Assembly (NCBI GenBank): GCA_964357395.1
Contig: CAYHLC010000001.1
Coordinates: 1 to 53,598, forward strand
Direction of reading: 5' to 3'
Source: an uncultured Candidatus Saccharibacteria bacterium
GTDB lineage: Bacteria > Patescibacteriota > Minisyncoccia > Phycocordibacterales > Phycocordibacteraceae
Length of the DNA: 53,598 nucleotides
Part shown: positions 19,284 to 29,398 of the stretch, one piece after another
Layout: the number at the start of each line of letters is the position of its first letter
Position numbering within the stretch: the first letter of the stretch is position 1
The notes under the pieces: model-generated
Databases searched by the model: none
Told to the model about the DNA's origin: nothing
The model's input: the letters and a program-made list of their open reading frames with translations, nothing else
Made by a program: the position numbers and the translations under genes

Positions 19284-22139
19284 ATGGTAGTTCCTGGGGT
19301 ACCCAATTTCAACACTCAAGGGGAAAAGAACCTCTCGCCAGAGCAGAACATGGCGAAGCAGAAGGAGGGTACCCGCTCGGGTGGTGCAGGCGGGCGCAGG
19401 CAACGCGACTTTAACTACGGCGACGCGCCATACACCCCACCTGCCGAGGACATGCCCGCGTTCGAGGAGGCAGCGCGCCCTAGGGAGGTCCAGCTCGAGC
19501 TCAAGCCAGACGCGAACGACAAGGACATGGAGCACCTCCTCGGTATCCTCCGCACGAGAGGCTTTAAGGCTGTTATGGAGGAGTTAGATAGGGTCAACAA
19601 TCCGCACCTCGAAGACGACTTCCACCGGCTCCTGATCCAGTACAAGAGCGACGGCCATCCGATTCCTGGTTTGGACAAAAAGGACCCTCTTGTGCAAGCA
19701 CTCGACTTTGTTTTGCTCGAGGTTACCGTGCCGGAGCTAAAGCCAGATGAGGGCGGCTCTTTGCGAGATATTGTAATTAAGATGGAGCAGCTCTACCAAG
19801 CCATCATCCCGTTCGTAGCGCTCCCCGAGCCCATCTTCTTTAAGGACTACCACCGCCGCAATGCGATTCAGAAGGAGCACTTCACGATGGAATTGGCGGT
19901 CTCGCACGGAGCTGAGGAGGCCATCTTTTATATCGCAGTACCGCGGAAGCGCCGCGACATTATTGAGAAGCAGATCTTCTCCGCATTTCCTCGCGCGCTC
20001 GTCGCAGAAAAGAAGGACGATTACAACATCTTCAACCAATTCGGTGTCTCACTCGTTGCGTACGGCACCTACTACCGCCCCTCTCCGCTCCCGATCAAGA
20101 TGGTGGAGGACTTTACACAAGACCCACTGAACGTGATGCTCACCTCGTTCTCTCGCCTTGCAAAGGAGGGCGAGGGCGCCGCAATACAGATCTCTGTAGC
20201 GCCCGCGGGCGAGTACTACACCAAGCGCTTCCGCAAGGTGCTGGAGGATATGCAGAAAGGTAAGAAGAACTCGACCGACATCTTCCGCGAGCACCGCTAC
20301 CTCATCCGCCAAGCGTTAGAGCGTCGCGCGGGCCCGGAGTTGTTTAATGCGGTCCGAGACGCGTTTAAGGACGAGAAGAAGGAGGGCGATAAGAGCCAGG
20401 ACAGCGTGCAGATAGACAAGGTTTCGAAGAAGCTGAAGAGCATTGTCTCCGGCGTCAACATCCGTGTCGCAGTCTCGGCTCGTACGCGCGATAGGGCAGA
20501 GTCGATGATGGCAGACTTCGACTCGGCGTTTGGCCAGTTCGAGGATACCCAGGGAAACCGATTTAAGTTCCGCCGCGCGAAGACGAAACAAGAGGAGCGC
20601 GAGCTGTTCCGCGCGTTCATCTTCCGGACCTTCAGTCGCGGCCCCTTGGAGGGCTTCTTGAAGCGCCTGTACCTCCAGTTTTTCGAAAAGATCCACTCGC
20701 CGATCATGTACTACTCGCCGGCGATGCCTATGAACCTCACCGAGCTCGCAACACTATTCCACTTCGCAATTGCGGGAGGCACCTCGTCGAGAGAAGCATC
20801 GACCGCTGGCGCTAAGATGACCCCAGCGCCGCCTGGTCTCCCACAGGAGGGGATTATTATCGGGAGGAACCGTTACGCGAACATAGTGACTGATGTGCAC
20901 TTCCCAGCACTCGACCGATTGCGTCATCTGTACGTGATTGGACAGACTGGCGTCGGAAAGTCGTGGTTCTTAAAGAATATGATTATTCAAGATATAGAGA
21001 ACGGCGAGGGGGTCTGCTTCATCGATCCGCACGGCCCCGACGTGCAGGACATACTCTCGCGTATTCCTAAGGAGCGGTACGACGACGTCATCTACTTCGA
21101 CCCGGCGTACACCGAGCGCCCGATGGGTCTCAACATGCTGGAGTATGACCCACGCTTCCCCGAGCAAAAGACCTTCGTGGTGGACGAGATGTTCAAGATC
21201 TTCCAAAAGCTCTACGGCCAGGTGCCGGAAGCGTTCGGTCCGATCTTCGAGCAGTACTTCCGCAACGCGGCCATGCTCGTTGTAGAGGACCCCGAAACGG
21301 GCTCTACACTTATGGATATTTCCCGAGTCCTTGCCGACGAGGACTTCCGCAAGCTCAAGCTCTCGCGCTGCCGAAACCCCGTCGTGGCCCACTTCTGGGA
21401 GGACGTGGCGACGCAGGTTAGGGGCGAGGGCTCCCTGGCTAACATCGTGCCGTACATTACATCGAAGTTCGACATCTTTATCGCCAACGAAATCATGCGC
21501 CCAATCGTGGGGCAGCAACGCTCGTCCTTCAACTTCGAGGACATCATGAATAACAAGAAGATCTTCCTAGTCAACCTCTCTAAGGGCCGCCTCGGCGACG
21601 TGAACGCGAACCTAATCGGCCTCATCCTCGTCGGCAAGATCATGATGACCGCCCTCGGTAGGGATCTGACCTCAAATCCGCCGCCGTTCTACCTCTATAT
21701 CGACGAGTTCCAGAACGTCACGACTGACACCATCGCCACCATTCTTTCTGAAGCCCGAAAATTCAAACTCTCTCTAACGATGGCACACCAGTACGTGTTG
21801 CAGCTGATCCCGAAGATTCGTGAGGCAGTGTTTGGTAACGTTGGTTCGATGGCAGTGTTCCGTATTGGCCCCGATGATGCTGAGGTGCTCTCCAGGCAGC
21901 TCTACGGCACGTTTACCCAAAGCGACCTATTGAAGGTCAAGAACTTCCACGCGTACCTCAAGCTCCTTGCAGATAACAAGCCGACGCCACCCTTTACGAT
22001 CGAGACATTCCCATTCGCATCCGGCGATCCAGTTACGCTCGAGGCATTGAAGCAGATGTCGTATCAGCGGTTCGGTCGCCAACGCGAGGCAGTCGAGGCC
22101 GAGATCCGCGAGAAGTACAATGCGCTTCGCGGCAGCTAG
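19284..22139 (+). CDS. VirD4/TraD-like (HerA/FtsK superfamily) ATPase of the type common in CPR
   Basis: RLRHLYVIGQTGVGKS Walker A, IDPHG, LYIDEFQN, SEARKF, AHQY; TATAAT-N6-ATG. Confidence 0.88.
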   Translation: MVVPGVPNFNTQGEKNLSPEQNMAKQKEGTRSGGAGGRRQRDFNYGDAPYTPPAEDMPAFEEAARPREVQLELKPDANDKDMEHLLGILRTRGFKAVMEELDRVNNPHLEDDFHRLLIQYKSDGHPIPGLDKKDPLVQALDFVLLEVTVPELKPDEGGSLRDIVIKMEQLYQAIIPFVALPEPIFFKDYHRRNAIQKEHFTMELAVSHGAEEAIFYIAVPRKRRDIIEKQIFSAFPRALVAEKKDDYNIFNQFGVSLVAYGTYYRPSPLPIKMVEDFTQDPLNVMLTSFSRLAKEGEGAAIQISVAPAGEYYTKRFRKVLEDMQKGKKNSTDIFREHRYLIRQALERRAGPELFNAVRDAFKDEKKEGDKSQDSVQIDKVSKKLKSIVSGVNIRVAVSARTRDRAESMMADFDSAFGQFEDTQGNRFKFRRAKTKQEERELFRAFIFRTFSRGPLEGFLKRLYLQFFEKIHSPIMYYSPAMPMNLTELATLFHFAIAGGTSSREASTAGAKMTPAPPGLPQEGIIIGRNRYANIVTDVHFPALDRLRHLYVIGQTGVGKSWFLKNMIIQDIENGEGVCFIDPHGPDVQDILSRIPKERYDDVIYFDPAYTERPMGLNMLEYDPRFPEQKTFVVDEMFKIFQKLYGQVPEAFGPIFEQYFRNAAMLVVEDPETGSTLMDISRVLADEDFRKLKLSRCRNPVVAHFWEDVATQVRGEGSLANIVPYITSKFDIFIANEIMRPIVGQQRSSFNFEDIMNNKKIFLVNLSKGRLGDVNANLIGLILVGKIMMTALGRDLTSNPPPFYLYIDEFQNVTTDTIATILSEARKFKLSLTMAHQYVLQLIPKIREAVFGNVGSMAVFRIGPDDAEVLSRQLYGTFTQSDLLKVKNFHAYLKLLADNKPTPPFTIETFPFASGDPVTLEALKQMSYQRFGRQREAVEAEIREKYNALRGS

Positions 22140-22187
22140 CCTGCGTTCGCTGAATGATGACCCGTATGCTACCATCGGCATATTGCT

Positions 22188-23267
22188 ATGAAGTACCTGG
22201 ACGAATTCCCAATCTTTTCAACCAAGACTCCTGGAGTGACGCAAACCTTCGACCTCTCAACGCCAGAGGGCAGGGCAGCGTACTTCACCGCTAAGGTGGG
22301 CAAGGAGATCGCCGCACTCAAAAAGTATTTCCAGGAACACACATTTGTCGCATACCTTCTTGCAAAAAAGAGCGCCGGCAAGGGCACCTACACCAAGCTT
22401 ATGCGCGAGATATTCGGCTCGGTTATCGCACACATCTCAGTAGGCGATGTGGTCCGCGCGACACACCGGATCTTTGAGGACGAGTCAGAGCATGCAACAC
22501 GCGCCGAGGTCATGGAGTATTTGGAGAAGCACTACCGAGGCTACATGCCGCTTTCGGATGCAGTTAATGCACTCCTCGGTCGCGACACTGCGTCACTCCT
22601 CCCAACCGAGTTCATCCTAGCGCTCGTCATGCGTGAGATCGACGCCTTGCCGCGGAGTGCACTGTTCCTCGACGGATTTCCTCGCGAGATCGACCAGGTC
22701 TCCTACGCACTGTTCTTCCGGAACCTCGTCGACTACCGCAACGACCCAGACCTCTTCCTCACGATCGACATTCCAATGTCGGTTATCGACGAGCGCATGA
22801 AGTATCGCGTGGTCTGCCCCGTCTGCCAAACACCGCGCAGCCTCAAGCTCCTTACGACGCGTGAGGTGGGGTACGACGAGGGCACGCACGAGTTCTTCCT
22901 CCTTTGCGACGAGCACAAGGTGCGCATGGTTCAAAAGGAGGGTGACACCGCTGGCATCGCACCAATTCGTGGTCGCCTCGAGAAGGATCAGGAATTGATC
23001 GACAAGATGTTCGGCCTCCACGGGATTCCGCGGATCCTCATTCGGAACGCTATTCCTGCAGACAAGGCGCTCGAGTACGTGGATCAGTACGAGCTCACTC
23101 CTGAGTATCAGTACGAGTGGGATGCGGGAAATAAGAAGGTAGTTACGAAAGAGCTCCCGTGGACTGTCGAGGACGACGAGGGAGTCAAGGTATACAGCCT
23201 CCTCGCCCCTGCCGCAGTCGTAGCACTCCTCAAGCAGTTGGTGGCAGTACTGAAGATCTCAGTATGA
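22188..23267 (+). CDS. Large divergent adenylate/NMP-kinase-like protein
   Basis: AKKSAGKGT, HISVGD, LDGFPR, CPVC...CDEH LID-like motif. Confidence 0.75.
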   Translation: MKYLDEFPIFSTKTPGVTQTFDLSTPEGRAAYFTAKVGKEIAALKKYFQEHTFVAYLLAKKSAGKGTYTKLMREIFGSVIAHISVGDVVRATHRIFEDESEHATRAEVMEYLEKHYRGYMPLSDAVNALLGRDTASLLPTEFILALVMREIDALPRSALFLDGFPREIDQVSYALFFRNLVDYRNDPDLFLTIDIPMSVIDERMKYRVVCPVCQTPRSLKLLTTREVGYDEGTHEFFLLCDEHKVRMVQKEGDTAGIAPIRGRLEKDQELIDKMFGLHGIPRILIRNAIPADKALEYVDQYELTPEYQYEWDAGNKKVVTKELPWTVEDDEGVKVYSLLAPAAVVALLKQLVAVLKISV

Positions 23268-23833
23268 TCGAGGTAGAGATACGTGGACGCCTCGAACCCG
23301 CTAAGGCGGAGGAGCTCAAGCAGTTTTTTGTCGAGAAGGGTAAGCACGTTGCAGATCATGATCGCGAGATGATCCTGCTGCAGGACTACCCCGGCTACAA
23401 CGACGACCCTACGAAGCGCGAGGTAGACATACGCATCAAGAACACTGACGGCCTCTGCGAGATAGTCGTCAAGCGCCACGCGCACGACCACAATGTAGGT
23501 AGGAGCGAGGTGACATTGGCGCTCACCGACAAGGATTTGGAACAGGCAAAGGAGGTAGTAAAGGCCTTTGGCTGCTCGCGCGGAATCTGGATGCACCGCA
23601 AGAAGTACATATACGAGTACGAGGGGGTAGAGTGGTCTATCGTCGAGGCGCCGAAGCAGATCTTCTTCTTCGAGGCGGAGTTGATGGTGGGGAACGAGGC
23701 AGAGGCAGAAGGGGCTCGCCAAAGGTTGGTCGCTGCCGCAGAAGCGCTACAGTTAGCCATATTTACACCCGAGGAGTACTACGAGTTTGTGTCGATGCTT
23801 GGCCGTGAAGTCAACAAAAACATAGCGTGGTAG
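23264..23833 (+). CDS. CYTH-domain (triphosphate tunnel) protein
   Basis: N-terminal IEVEIR, DIRIK, FFEAE; ATGA overlap with the upstream gene. Confidence 0.75.
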   Translation: MIEVEIRGRLEPAKAEELKQFFVEKGKHVADHDREMILLQDYPGYNDDPTKREVDIRIKNTDGLCEIVVKRHAHDHNVGRSEVTLALTDKDLEQAKEVVKAFGCSRGIWMHRKKYIYEYEGVEWSIVEAPKQIFFFEAELMVGNEAEAEGARQRLVAAAEALQLAIFTPEEYYEFVSMLGREVNKNIAW

Positions 23834-23840
23834 AATTGTT

Positions 23841-23996
23841 ATAGGGGTCGGATTGGCGATTACCCCGTTGAAAAACGTCAGGGAGGCTTATATCGCTCTA
23901 GTCTGGAGAATCCTGAGCTTGTCGAAGGATTCCGACGACTACAGTTGCGGCCACCCACCTGAGCTACTGCTCGGGTAATCGCCCTCCCACTCCTAT
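23841..23996 (+). ncRNA. ssrS: 6S RNA-like
   Basis: Rod fold: ATAGGGGT/ACTCCTAT, GGCGATTACCC/GGGTAATCGCC, central bubble with 3' hairpin GAGC-TACT-GCTC, TCAGG/CCTGA; TTGAA..GTCAGG and CACCCACCTG motifs; TGG-TAGAAT promoter directly upstream. Confidence 0.78.
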
Positions 23997-23999
23997 ATT

Positions 24000-24407
24000 T
24001 TGATGCAGCGATTGTCCGGATTAGTCACACTTTTGATACTGGCTCTGGTTCTCGCAGTGGTGCATAGCCTTGCGTTTGAATACTTTTGGTACTGGCAGTA
24101 CTGGTGGCTGGACCTCGTCATGCACTTCGGCGCAGGTGTCTTTGTTGCGGGCATCGTGTATATCTCCGGCGTAACGAAGCGAACAGTGCTCCTCGTTGCC
24201 ATCGCGCTCGTCGTGGGTAGCAGTTGGGAGGTGTTCGAGTTTGTGTTCCGTGTGCCGTACTCGCGCTCGTTCGTCCTCGACACTGGACTCGACCTACTTA
24301 TGGACGCTGCTGGCGCTCTCGCGCTCTCTGGTATGCTGTGGTGGTGGAGAATTGCAGTATCACCTTCGTCCGCGGTGCGCGCCGCGTCACTGGATCAAAC
24401 TTTTTAG
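24000..24407 (+). CDS. Small membrane protein (VanZ-like; D..MHF, WE.FE, DT..DL motifs)
   Basis: About four hydrophobic segments with WLDLVMHFGAG and WEVFEF. Confidence 0.7.
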   Translation: MMQRLSGLVTLLILALVLAVVHSLAFEYFWYWQYWWLDLVMHFGAGVFVAGIVYISGVTKRTVLLVAIALVVGSSWEVFEFVFRVPYSRSFVLDTGLDLLMDAAGALALSGMLWWWRIAVSPSSAVRAASLDQTF

Positions 24408-25708
24408 TAACCGCCACTGAGGGCGGAAAAACGACACGCATACTGATCGACTGTGGACTTGCGCAGGGTGAGTTGTTCTGTGACTCAGTCAACTTTGATC
24501 CGTTTCCGTACGATGCGTCCGAGATCGACGTGGTGATATTTACGCACGCGCATGCGGACCATATTGGGATGTTTCCGAAGCTCCACAAAAGCGGCTTCAA
24601 GGGCAAGGCATACGCAACTGCGCCAACGGTCGACCTAATGCCCATCATGCTCGAGGACTCCGTTATGCTGATGACACGCGAGGCAGAGCGCTGCGGCACA
24701 CAAGCGCCGTATAGCATCACAGACGTCGCACATGCGGTGAAGGCTATTACTGCAGTTGAATATCACGAGCGTATCCAGATTGCCGAAGGCATTACGGCAA
24801 CGCTGCAGAACGCAGGACACATCGTCGGATCCGCAACGGTGCTCCTCGAGGTGCACGGAAAGCGGATCTTGTTTACAGGCGACTTGGGTCGCACACCGGC
24901 CATCCTCGTTCCTGATAGGGAGGTGACGCAGGATGTGGATGTCCTGGTAACAGAGTCTGTATACGGCAACAGAGCGCACGGATCGGTAGAGGAGAGCGAC
25001 CAAGCGCTCGCTCGCGCCGTACACAAGATAGTCAAGGACAAGGGGGTCCTCCTGATACCTGCATTCTCGCTGGAGCGGACCCAAATCATCCTTGCCTCGC
25101 TCGATCGGATGATTGCCGAGGGGACCGTTCCTGAGGTGTCGGTATTTATGGACTCGCCGCTCGCTGCCAAGGTGAGCGATGTGTATCGCCGCTACCCCAA
25201 GTACCTCAGGGACACTATACGAAAGAAACTCGAGAGTGGGGACGACCCGTTCGAATTCCCCACACTCAAGGTGACCGTTAACAAGGAGGCCTCCGCCGCA
25301 ATCGATCATGAGCCACGGCCAAAAGTGATAGTCGCTGGTGCAGGTATGAGCCACGGCGGGCGTATCCGCCACCACGAGACCCGCTACCTCGGCGACCCAT
25401 CGTGTACGTTGCTATTGGTCGGGTACCAGGTACCAGGCTCGCTTGGTCGGCGCCTCAAGGATGGCCAAAAGCAGGTAGAGATCGACGGCGCCAAGATCAA
25501 GGTGCACGCCACGATAGACAACGTGACCGGATTCTCTGCACACGCGGACAGGGACGACCTCCTCCGCTTCGCAGAGGAGGTCAAGCCGAAGCGGGTGTTC
25601 GTCGTCCTCGGCGAGACAGAGGCAGCAACCTTCCTCGCGCAGCGCATCTCCGGCTTCCTCGGCCTCCCCGTCGATGTCCCCCGCGAAGGGGAGACCTACA
25701 ACGTATAA
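24344..25708 (+). CDS. MBL-fold beta-CASP ribonuclease
   Basis: VTGS, IDCG, THAHADH, AGHIVGS, FTGDLG, ESVYG, FSAHAD; probable GTG start 6 nt after TATGCT. Confidence 0.92.
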   Translation: MENCSITFVRGARRVTGSNFLVTATEGGKTTRILIDCGLAQGELFCDSVNFDPFPYDASEIDVVIFTHAHADHIGMFPKLHKSGFKGKAYATAPTVDLMPIMLEDSVMLMTREAERCGTQAPYSITDVAHAVKAITAVEYHERIQIAEGITATLQNAGHIVGSATVLLEVHGKRILFTGDLGRTPAILVPDREVTQDVDVLVTESVYGNRAHGSVEESDQALARAVHKIVKDKGVLLIPAFSLERTQIILASLDRMIAEGTVPEVSVFMDSPLAAKVSDVYRRYPKYLRDTIRKKLESGDDPFEFPTLKVTVNKEASAAIDHEPRPKVIVAGAGMSHGGRIRHHETRYLGDPSCTLLLVGYQVPGSLGRRLKDGQKQVEIDGAKIKVHATIDNVTGFSAHADRDDLLRFAEEVKPKRVFVVLGETEAATFLAQRISGFLGLPVDVPREGETYNV

Positions 25709-25712
25709 AAAA

Positions 25713-26060
25713 CTAGGCGACTTTCTTCAATAGGCGCTTGAACGACTCTGGGTGCGTCATCGCCATCTCGGAGAGGACCTTACGATCGAGCATGATGTTC
25801 TTCTTCTTCAGGGCGCCGATGAAGGTCGCGTAGTTCTTGAAGCCGTTCTCACGGAGTGCTGCATTGATACGGACGATATGGAGACCACGCATGGTGCGCT
25901 TCTTAGCCCTTCGATCGCGGAACATGTACTTGCCCGCATGCTTGATAGCCTCGAGTGCCGCCTTCTTCTTGGTCGAGCGGCCGTGGCGATAGCCCTTGGT
26001 CTGGGCAAGGATATTCTTTCGGCGCTTACTTTGCTTTGGTCCTCCTTTAGTTCGTGCCAT
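25713..26060 (-). CDS. rplT: 50S ribosomal protein L20
   Basis: KGYRHGRS, RINAA, LDRKVLS. Confidence 0.98.
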   Translation of the reverse strand: MARTKGGPKQSKRRKNILAQTKGYRHGRSTKKKAALEAIKHAGKYMFRDRRAKKRTMRGLHIVRINAALRENGFKNYATFIGALKKKNIMLDRKVLSEMAMTHPESFKRLLKKVA

Positions 26061-26069
26061 ATATTTTTA

Positions 26070-26255
26070 TTATTTGCCTGGGAGGAAGCGCGAGCGGATC
26101 TCGCGGTTCATGATGACCGCTACGCCGCGCCGCTTGCTGAGCTGCGTTGCGGTACGCTCCTTCGAGTTGTAGTGGTTCTGCCCCTTGGCGCGAGCAATGA
26201 TCTTGCCCTTTTTGGTGACACGGAGACGCTTACTAAATGATTTGTTGGATTTCAT
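26070..26255 (-). CDS. rpmI: 50S ribosomal protein L35
   Basis: KSNKSFSKRLRVTKKGK; infC-rpmI-rplT order. Confidence 0.95.
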   Translation of the reverse strand: MKSNKSFSKRLRVTKKGKIIARAKGQNHYNSKERTATQLSKRRGVAVIMNREIRSRFLPGK

Positions 26256-26259
26256 ATGG

Positions 26260-26781
26260 TTACTTCTTGCCGGCCTTCTCGAGGGTGATCAGGAACCCCT
26301 TTGGTCCTCTCTGGATAGCCTCGGCGACTTTATACTCTTCGGGGATGAGTTTGATAAAGCGCTGTAGCCGATCCTCAAGAAACTTTGGGTCCATGTACTT
26401 GTACCGGCCCCGGAGGAATAGCTCGATCTTGACTCGGTGCCCCTCGCGGAGCCACTCAGCAACAGATCGGGCCTTGCGGGTCAGGTCGTGCTCGCCCTCG
26501 GTTACCTTGACCTGTATAGACTTGGTCTCGGTGACGTGCGACTTAGCCTTCGTCTCGCGCTCCTTCTTCTGCTGCTCGTATTGAAATTTACCATAATCCA
26601 TGATTTTCGCAACCGGCGGGGTCGCGCCAGGGCTGATCTCTATAAGGTCGAGGCCCTGCTTCTTGGCCTGGTCTTGGGCTTCCTTGAGGGAGAGGACCCC
26701 CAGGTTTTCGCCCTCAGCACCGATGACTCGGAGCTCTGCGGCGCGTATTTGAGCGTTGATGTTGATTCGTGGTGTAGCCAA
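26260..26781 (-). CDS. infC: Translation initiation factor IF-3 (non-AUG start, TTG)
   Basis: GLDLIEI, PPVAKIMDYGKF. Confidence 0.97.
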   Translation of the reverse strand: MATPRININAQIRAAELRVIGAEGENLGVLSLKEAQDQAKKQGLDLIEISPGATPPVAKIMDYGKFQYEQQKKERETKAKSHVTETKSIQVKVTEGEHDLTRKARSVAEWLREGHRVKIELFLRGRYKYMDPKFLEDRLQRFIKLIPEEYKVAEAIQRGPKGFLITLEKAGKK

Positions 26782-26889
26782 GGTGTGTCAGGGAGTACTG
26801 TACCATGCATGAGGGGAGCGGGTCTACACAGGTACCGCCTGGACATTTTTGATAAATGGGCATAGAGTTACGGACGTTCAGCATTTTTC

Positions 26890-27408
26890 ATGTGGCGTAT
26901 ACTTTCAAAAATTATTGCGACGCCGAGGGTCACCGAGCCGCGTCCCGCACCGGCAAGTCATGTTGAGGATATTGGAGAAAATCTCAAACAAACCATCCGC
27001 ACGCTCTACGGAGGCCGCTCGCTGAGAATACGGCATATTGACGCGGGCTCTACGAACGGCGAGGAATATGAAATGACGGCGCTCGGAAATGCATACTATG
27101 ATATTGAGCGCTTCGGCATTTCTTTTGTAGCGTCTCCGCGGCATGCGGATATACTTACTGTTTCTGGCCCAGTTACACGCAATATGGAGCATGCACTGAG
27201 GACAGCGTATGATATGACCCCCAGCCCTAAGTGCGTGATAGCACTTGGTGACGGCGCTGCTACGGGTGGAATCTGGAAGGGCTCGTATGCGGTGGTAGGA
27301 GCTGTGTCAGAGGTGGTGCCTGTCGATTATGTCATTGCCGGGGACCCGCCGTCGCCGTCAGACATTCTTCGCGGACTGCTAGGGGCAGTACAGGGAGCAC
27401 GAGGTTAA
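26890..27408 (+). CDS. NuoB/HyfI-like small subunit of an Ehr complex, lacking the Fe-S cysteines
   Basis: YDIERFGISFVASPRHAD, GPVT; GSTNGE, GDGA and GDPP in place of GSCNGC, GxCA and GCPP. Confidence 0.9.
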   Translation: MWRILSKIIATPRVTEPRPAPASHVEDIGENLKQTIRTLYGGRSLRIRHIDAGSTNGEEYEMTALGNAYYDIERFGISFVASPRHADILTVSGPVTRNMEHALRTAYDMTPSPKCVIALGDGAATGGIWKGSYAVVGAVSEVVPVDYVIAGDPPSPSDILRGLLGAVQGARG

Positions 27409-27412
27409 TAGT

Positions 27413-29398
27413 ATGTCCGAGATCATTCAACAGTTGGCCCTTTTTTCTTTCCTGGTGCCGCTTGCAGCGGCAGTGTGGGCGGTAGTGGCGCGCGGATCTC
27501 GAGCCTCGACGTTCATTCAGTGGCTCCTCATCGCTGGCGCAGCAAGTGGCCTAGGCGCTGTAGCGTGCTTTTTCTTCGCCGGATATGCGGGGAGTGGGGT
27601 AGCACTCATGCTGCCTGGGGGGTTTGGTGCCCTGTTCGAAATGCATACACTCTCGGCACTCTTTTTAGGGATTATCTGTACCGGCGCAGGACTCGCCTCA
27701 GTGTATGCGCTTGGGTATTTGCCACGGTATGCAGACGAGTATCCGGGCGGGTGGGTGAATGCCGCGACCGCCTTGTTCATATTTGGCATGATTGGTACGG
27801 TACTGTCGAGTACCGTATTCGGGTTCCTCCTTTTTTGGGAGGTGATGTCTGTCGCGGCGTATTTCCTGGTGATTACCGATCGATCTGCCGATTCGTTGCA
27901 GGCGGGGTTCCTGTACTTCCTCATGACGCACCTTGGTTTTGCTGCCCTGGTTGCAGGGTTTGGGCTCCTTGGGGGCGGTGCGTTTTACGGTACGTTTGGT
28001 GACCTTGCGACGCATGCCGCAACGCTCGAGCCGGGCGTACTCACCGTCGCCTTCCTACTCCTCTTTGCTGGATTTGGTTCCAAAGCTGGTTTGGTGCCCC
28101 TCCACCAATGGCTGCCGTATGCACATCCGCAGGCGCCAAGCCACTCATCAGCGTTGATGTCGGGAGTGATGCTCAAGGTTGCGCTGTTCGGTTTTATACA
28201 GACACTCTTCCTCTTTCCATCAATTCCGCTCACCTGGGCGGCTACAGTCATGGTGGTAGGACTCGTCTCTGCATTTTTCGGCGTTCTCTACGCGGTGACC
28301 GAGTCGGACATCAAGCGTCTGCTCGCCTGGAGCAGTATCGAGAACATGGGCCTCATTTTTTCCGCGATCGGTGCTGTGGGGGTCGTCTATGCACTACCGC
28401 TCGGGGGTGAGGCGGATATACTTGCGCGTGGCGCACTGATTTTTATACTTTTGCACACACTGAATCACTTCCTTTTCAAAACGGGGCTTTTCTTGGCGGC
28501 AGGCGCAATAGTTTCTGGCACGCACACACGTGATCTTGATGCGCTTGGGGGGCTCGCGCGACCATGGCCCTTGTTTGCCGCGGCGACACTAGCCTTGTCG
28601 CTTACTGCTGCCGCACTCCCTCCGTTCGGTGCATTTTTTGGTGAGTGGGCATACATTCAGGCGCTCGCCACAGCACTCACCAGCTCGTCAGTAGCGGTGT
28701 CGTTCGGGGCGGCAGCAGCGCTCTCTATTGTCGCACTCGTAGGAGGCTTGGCGATAGCAACGTTCGTCAAGCTATTCGCAGCAACTTTCTTGGGGCGTGG
28801 GCGCTCCGAAGCAGTGGCCGATGTGCCTTTGCTCCCATTTACCATGCTCCTCCCTATTGGTGTGTGTGCAGTGCTCTCGCTTGGTATGGGCGCTATGGCT
28901 GGCAGCATCGTCTCCTTTTTCGAGAGGGCAGCATTTGGTGTGCGTCCGCTTTTCACTCTCCCTTCAGCAACACTTGATCCTCTGGCAGCATATGGTGCGA
29001 TAGTGTTCGTACCGATCTTCCTCTATGCGCTCTATCGACTCCTAGCGCCACAGCGCAGCAGGAGTACCGATACGTGGGATTGCGGGCAGCCGCTTACACG
29101 GCGTATGGAGTATACTGCTACCGGTTTTGCGGCGCCGATCCGCTTCTTTTTTCGAGCGCTTCTGCTCTCGGAAAAGCGGCTCACAACGCTGCCGGTATCG
29201 GCGGAGAATCCGTGGGTTGCAGAGCACGCGCTTGAGTGGCACCTTACTTCAGTGTGGGAGCGCTCGCTCTACCGGCCTATCGGCAAGGCTGTCGTGTGGT
29301 CCGCGAGTATGGTCAGCAGGTTACAGAACGGCAATGTGCAATTCTACCTGTTTCTCGTGCTTGGTGCGCTAATTGTAGTCATATGGTCGGCGGTATGA
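27413..29398 (+). CDS. hyfB: HyfB/NuoL-like antiporter-type membrane subunit
   Basis: FWEVM, KAGLVPLHQWLPYAH, KRLLAWSSIEN, TWDCG. Confidence 0.9.
   Translation: MSEIIQQLALFSFLVPLAAAVWAVVARGSRASTFIQWLLIAGAASGLGAVACFFFAGYAGSGVALMLPGGFGALFEMHTLSALFLGIICTGAGLASVYALGYLPRYADEYPGGWVNAATALFIFGMIGTVLSSTVFGFLLFWEVMSVAAYFLVITDRSADSLQAGFLYFLMTHLGFAALVAGFGLLGGGAFYGTFGDLATHAATLEPGVLTVAFLLLFAGFGSKAGLVPLHQWLPYAHPQAPSHSSALMSGVMLKVALFGFIQTLFLFPSIPLTWAATVMVVGLVSAFFGVLYAVTESDIKRLLAWSSIENMGLIFSAIGAVGVVYALPLGGEADILARGALIFILLHTLNHFLFKTGLFLAAGAIVSGTHTRDLDALGGLARPWPLFAAATLALSLTAAALPPFGAFFGEWAYIQALATALTSSSVAVSFGAAAALSIVALVGGLAIATFVKLFAATFLGRGRSEAVADVPLLPFTMLLPIGVCAVLSLGMGAMAGSIVSFFERAAFGVRPLFTLPSATLDPLAAYGAIVFVPIFLYALYRLLAPQRSRSTDTWDCGQPLTRRMEYTATGFAAPIRFFFRALLLSEKRLTTLPVSAENPWVAEHALEWHLTSVWERSLYRPIGKAVVWSASMVSRLQNGNVQFYLFLVLGALIVVIWSAV

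Noticed and set aside
19284-22139. Conjugative element
   Set aside because: A lone VirD4-like ATPase among housekeeping genes, with no relaxase or other T4SS genes.
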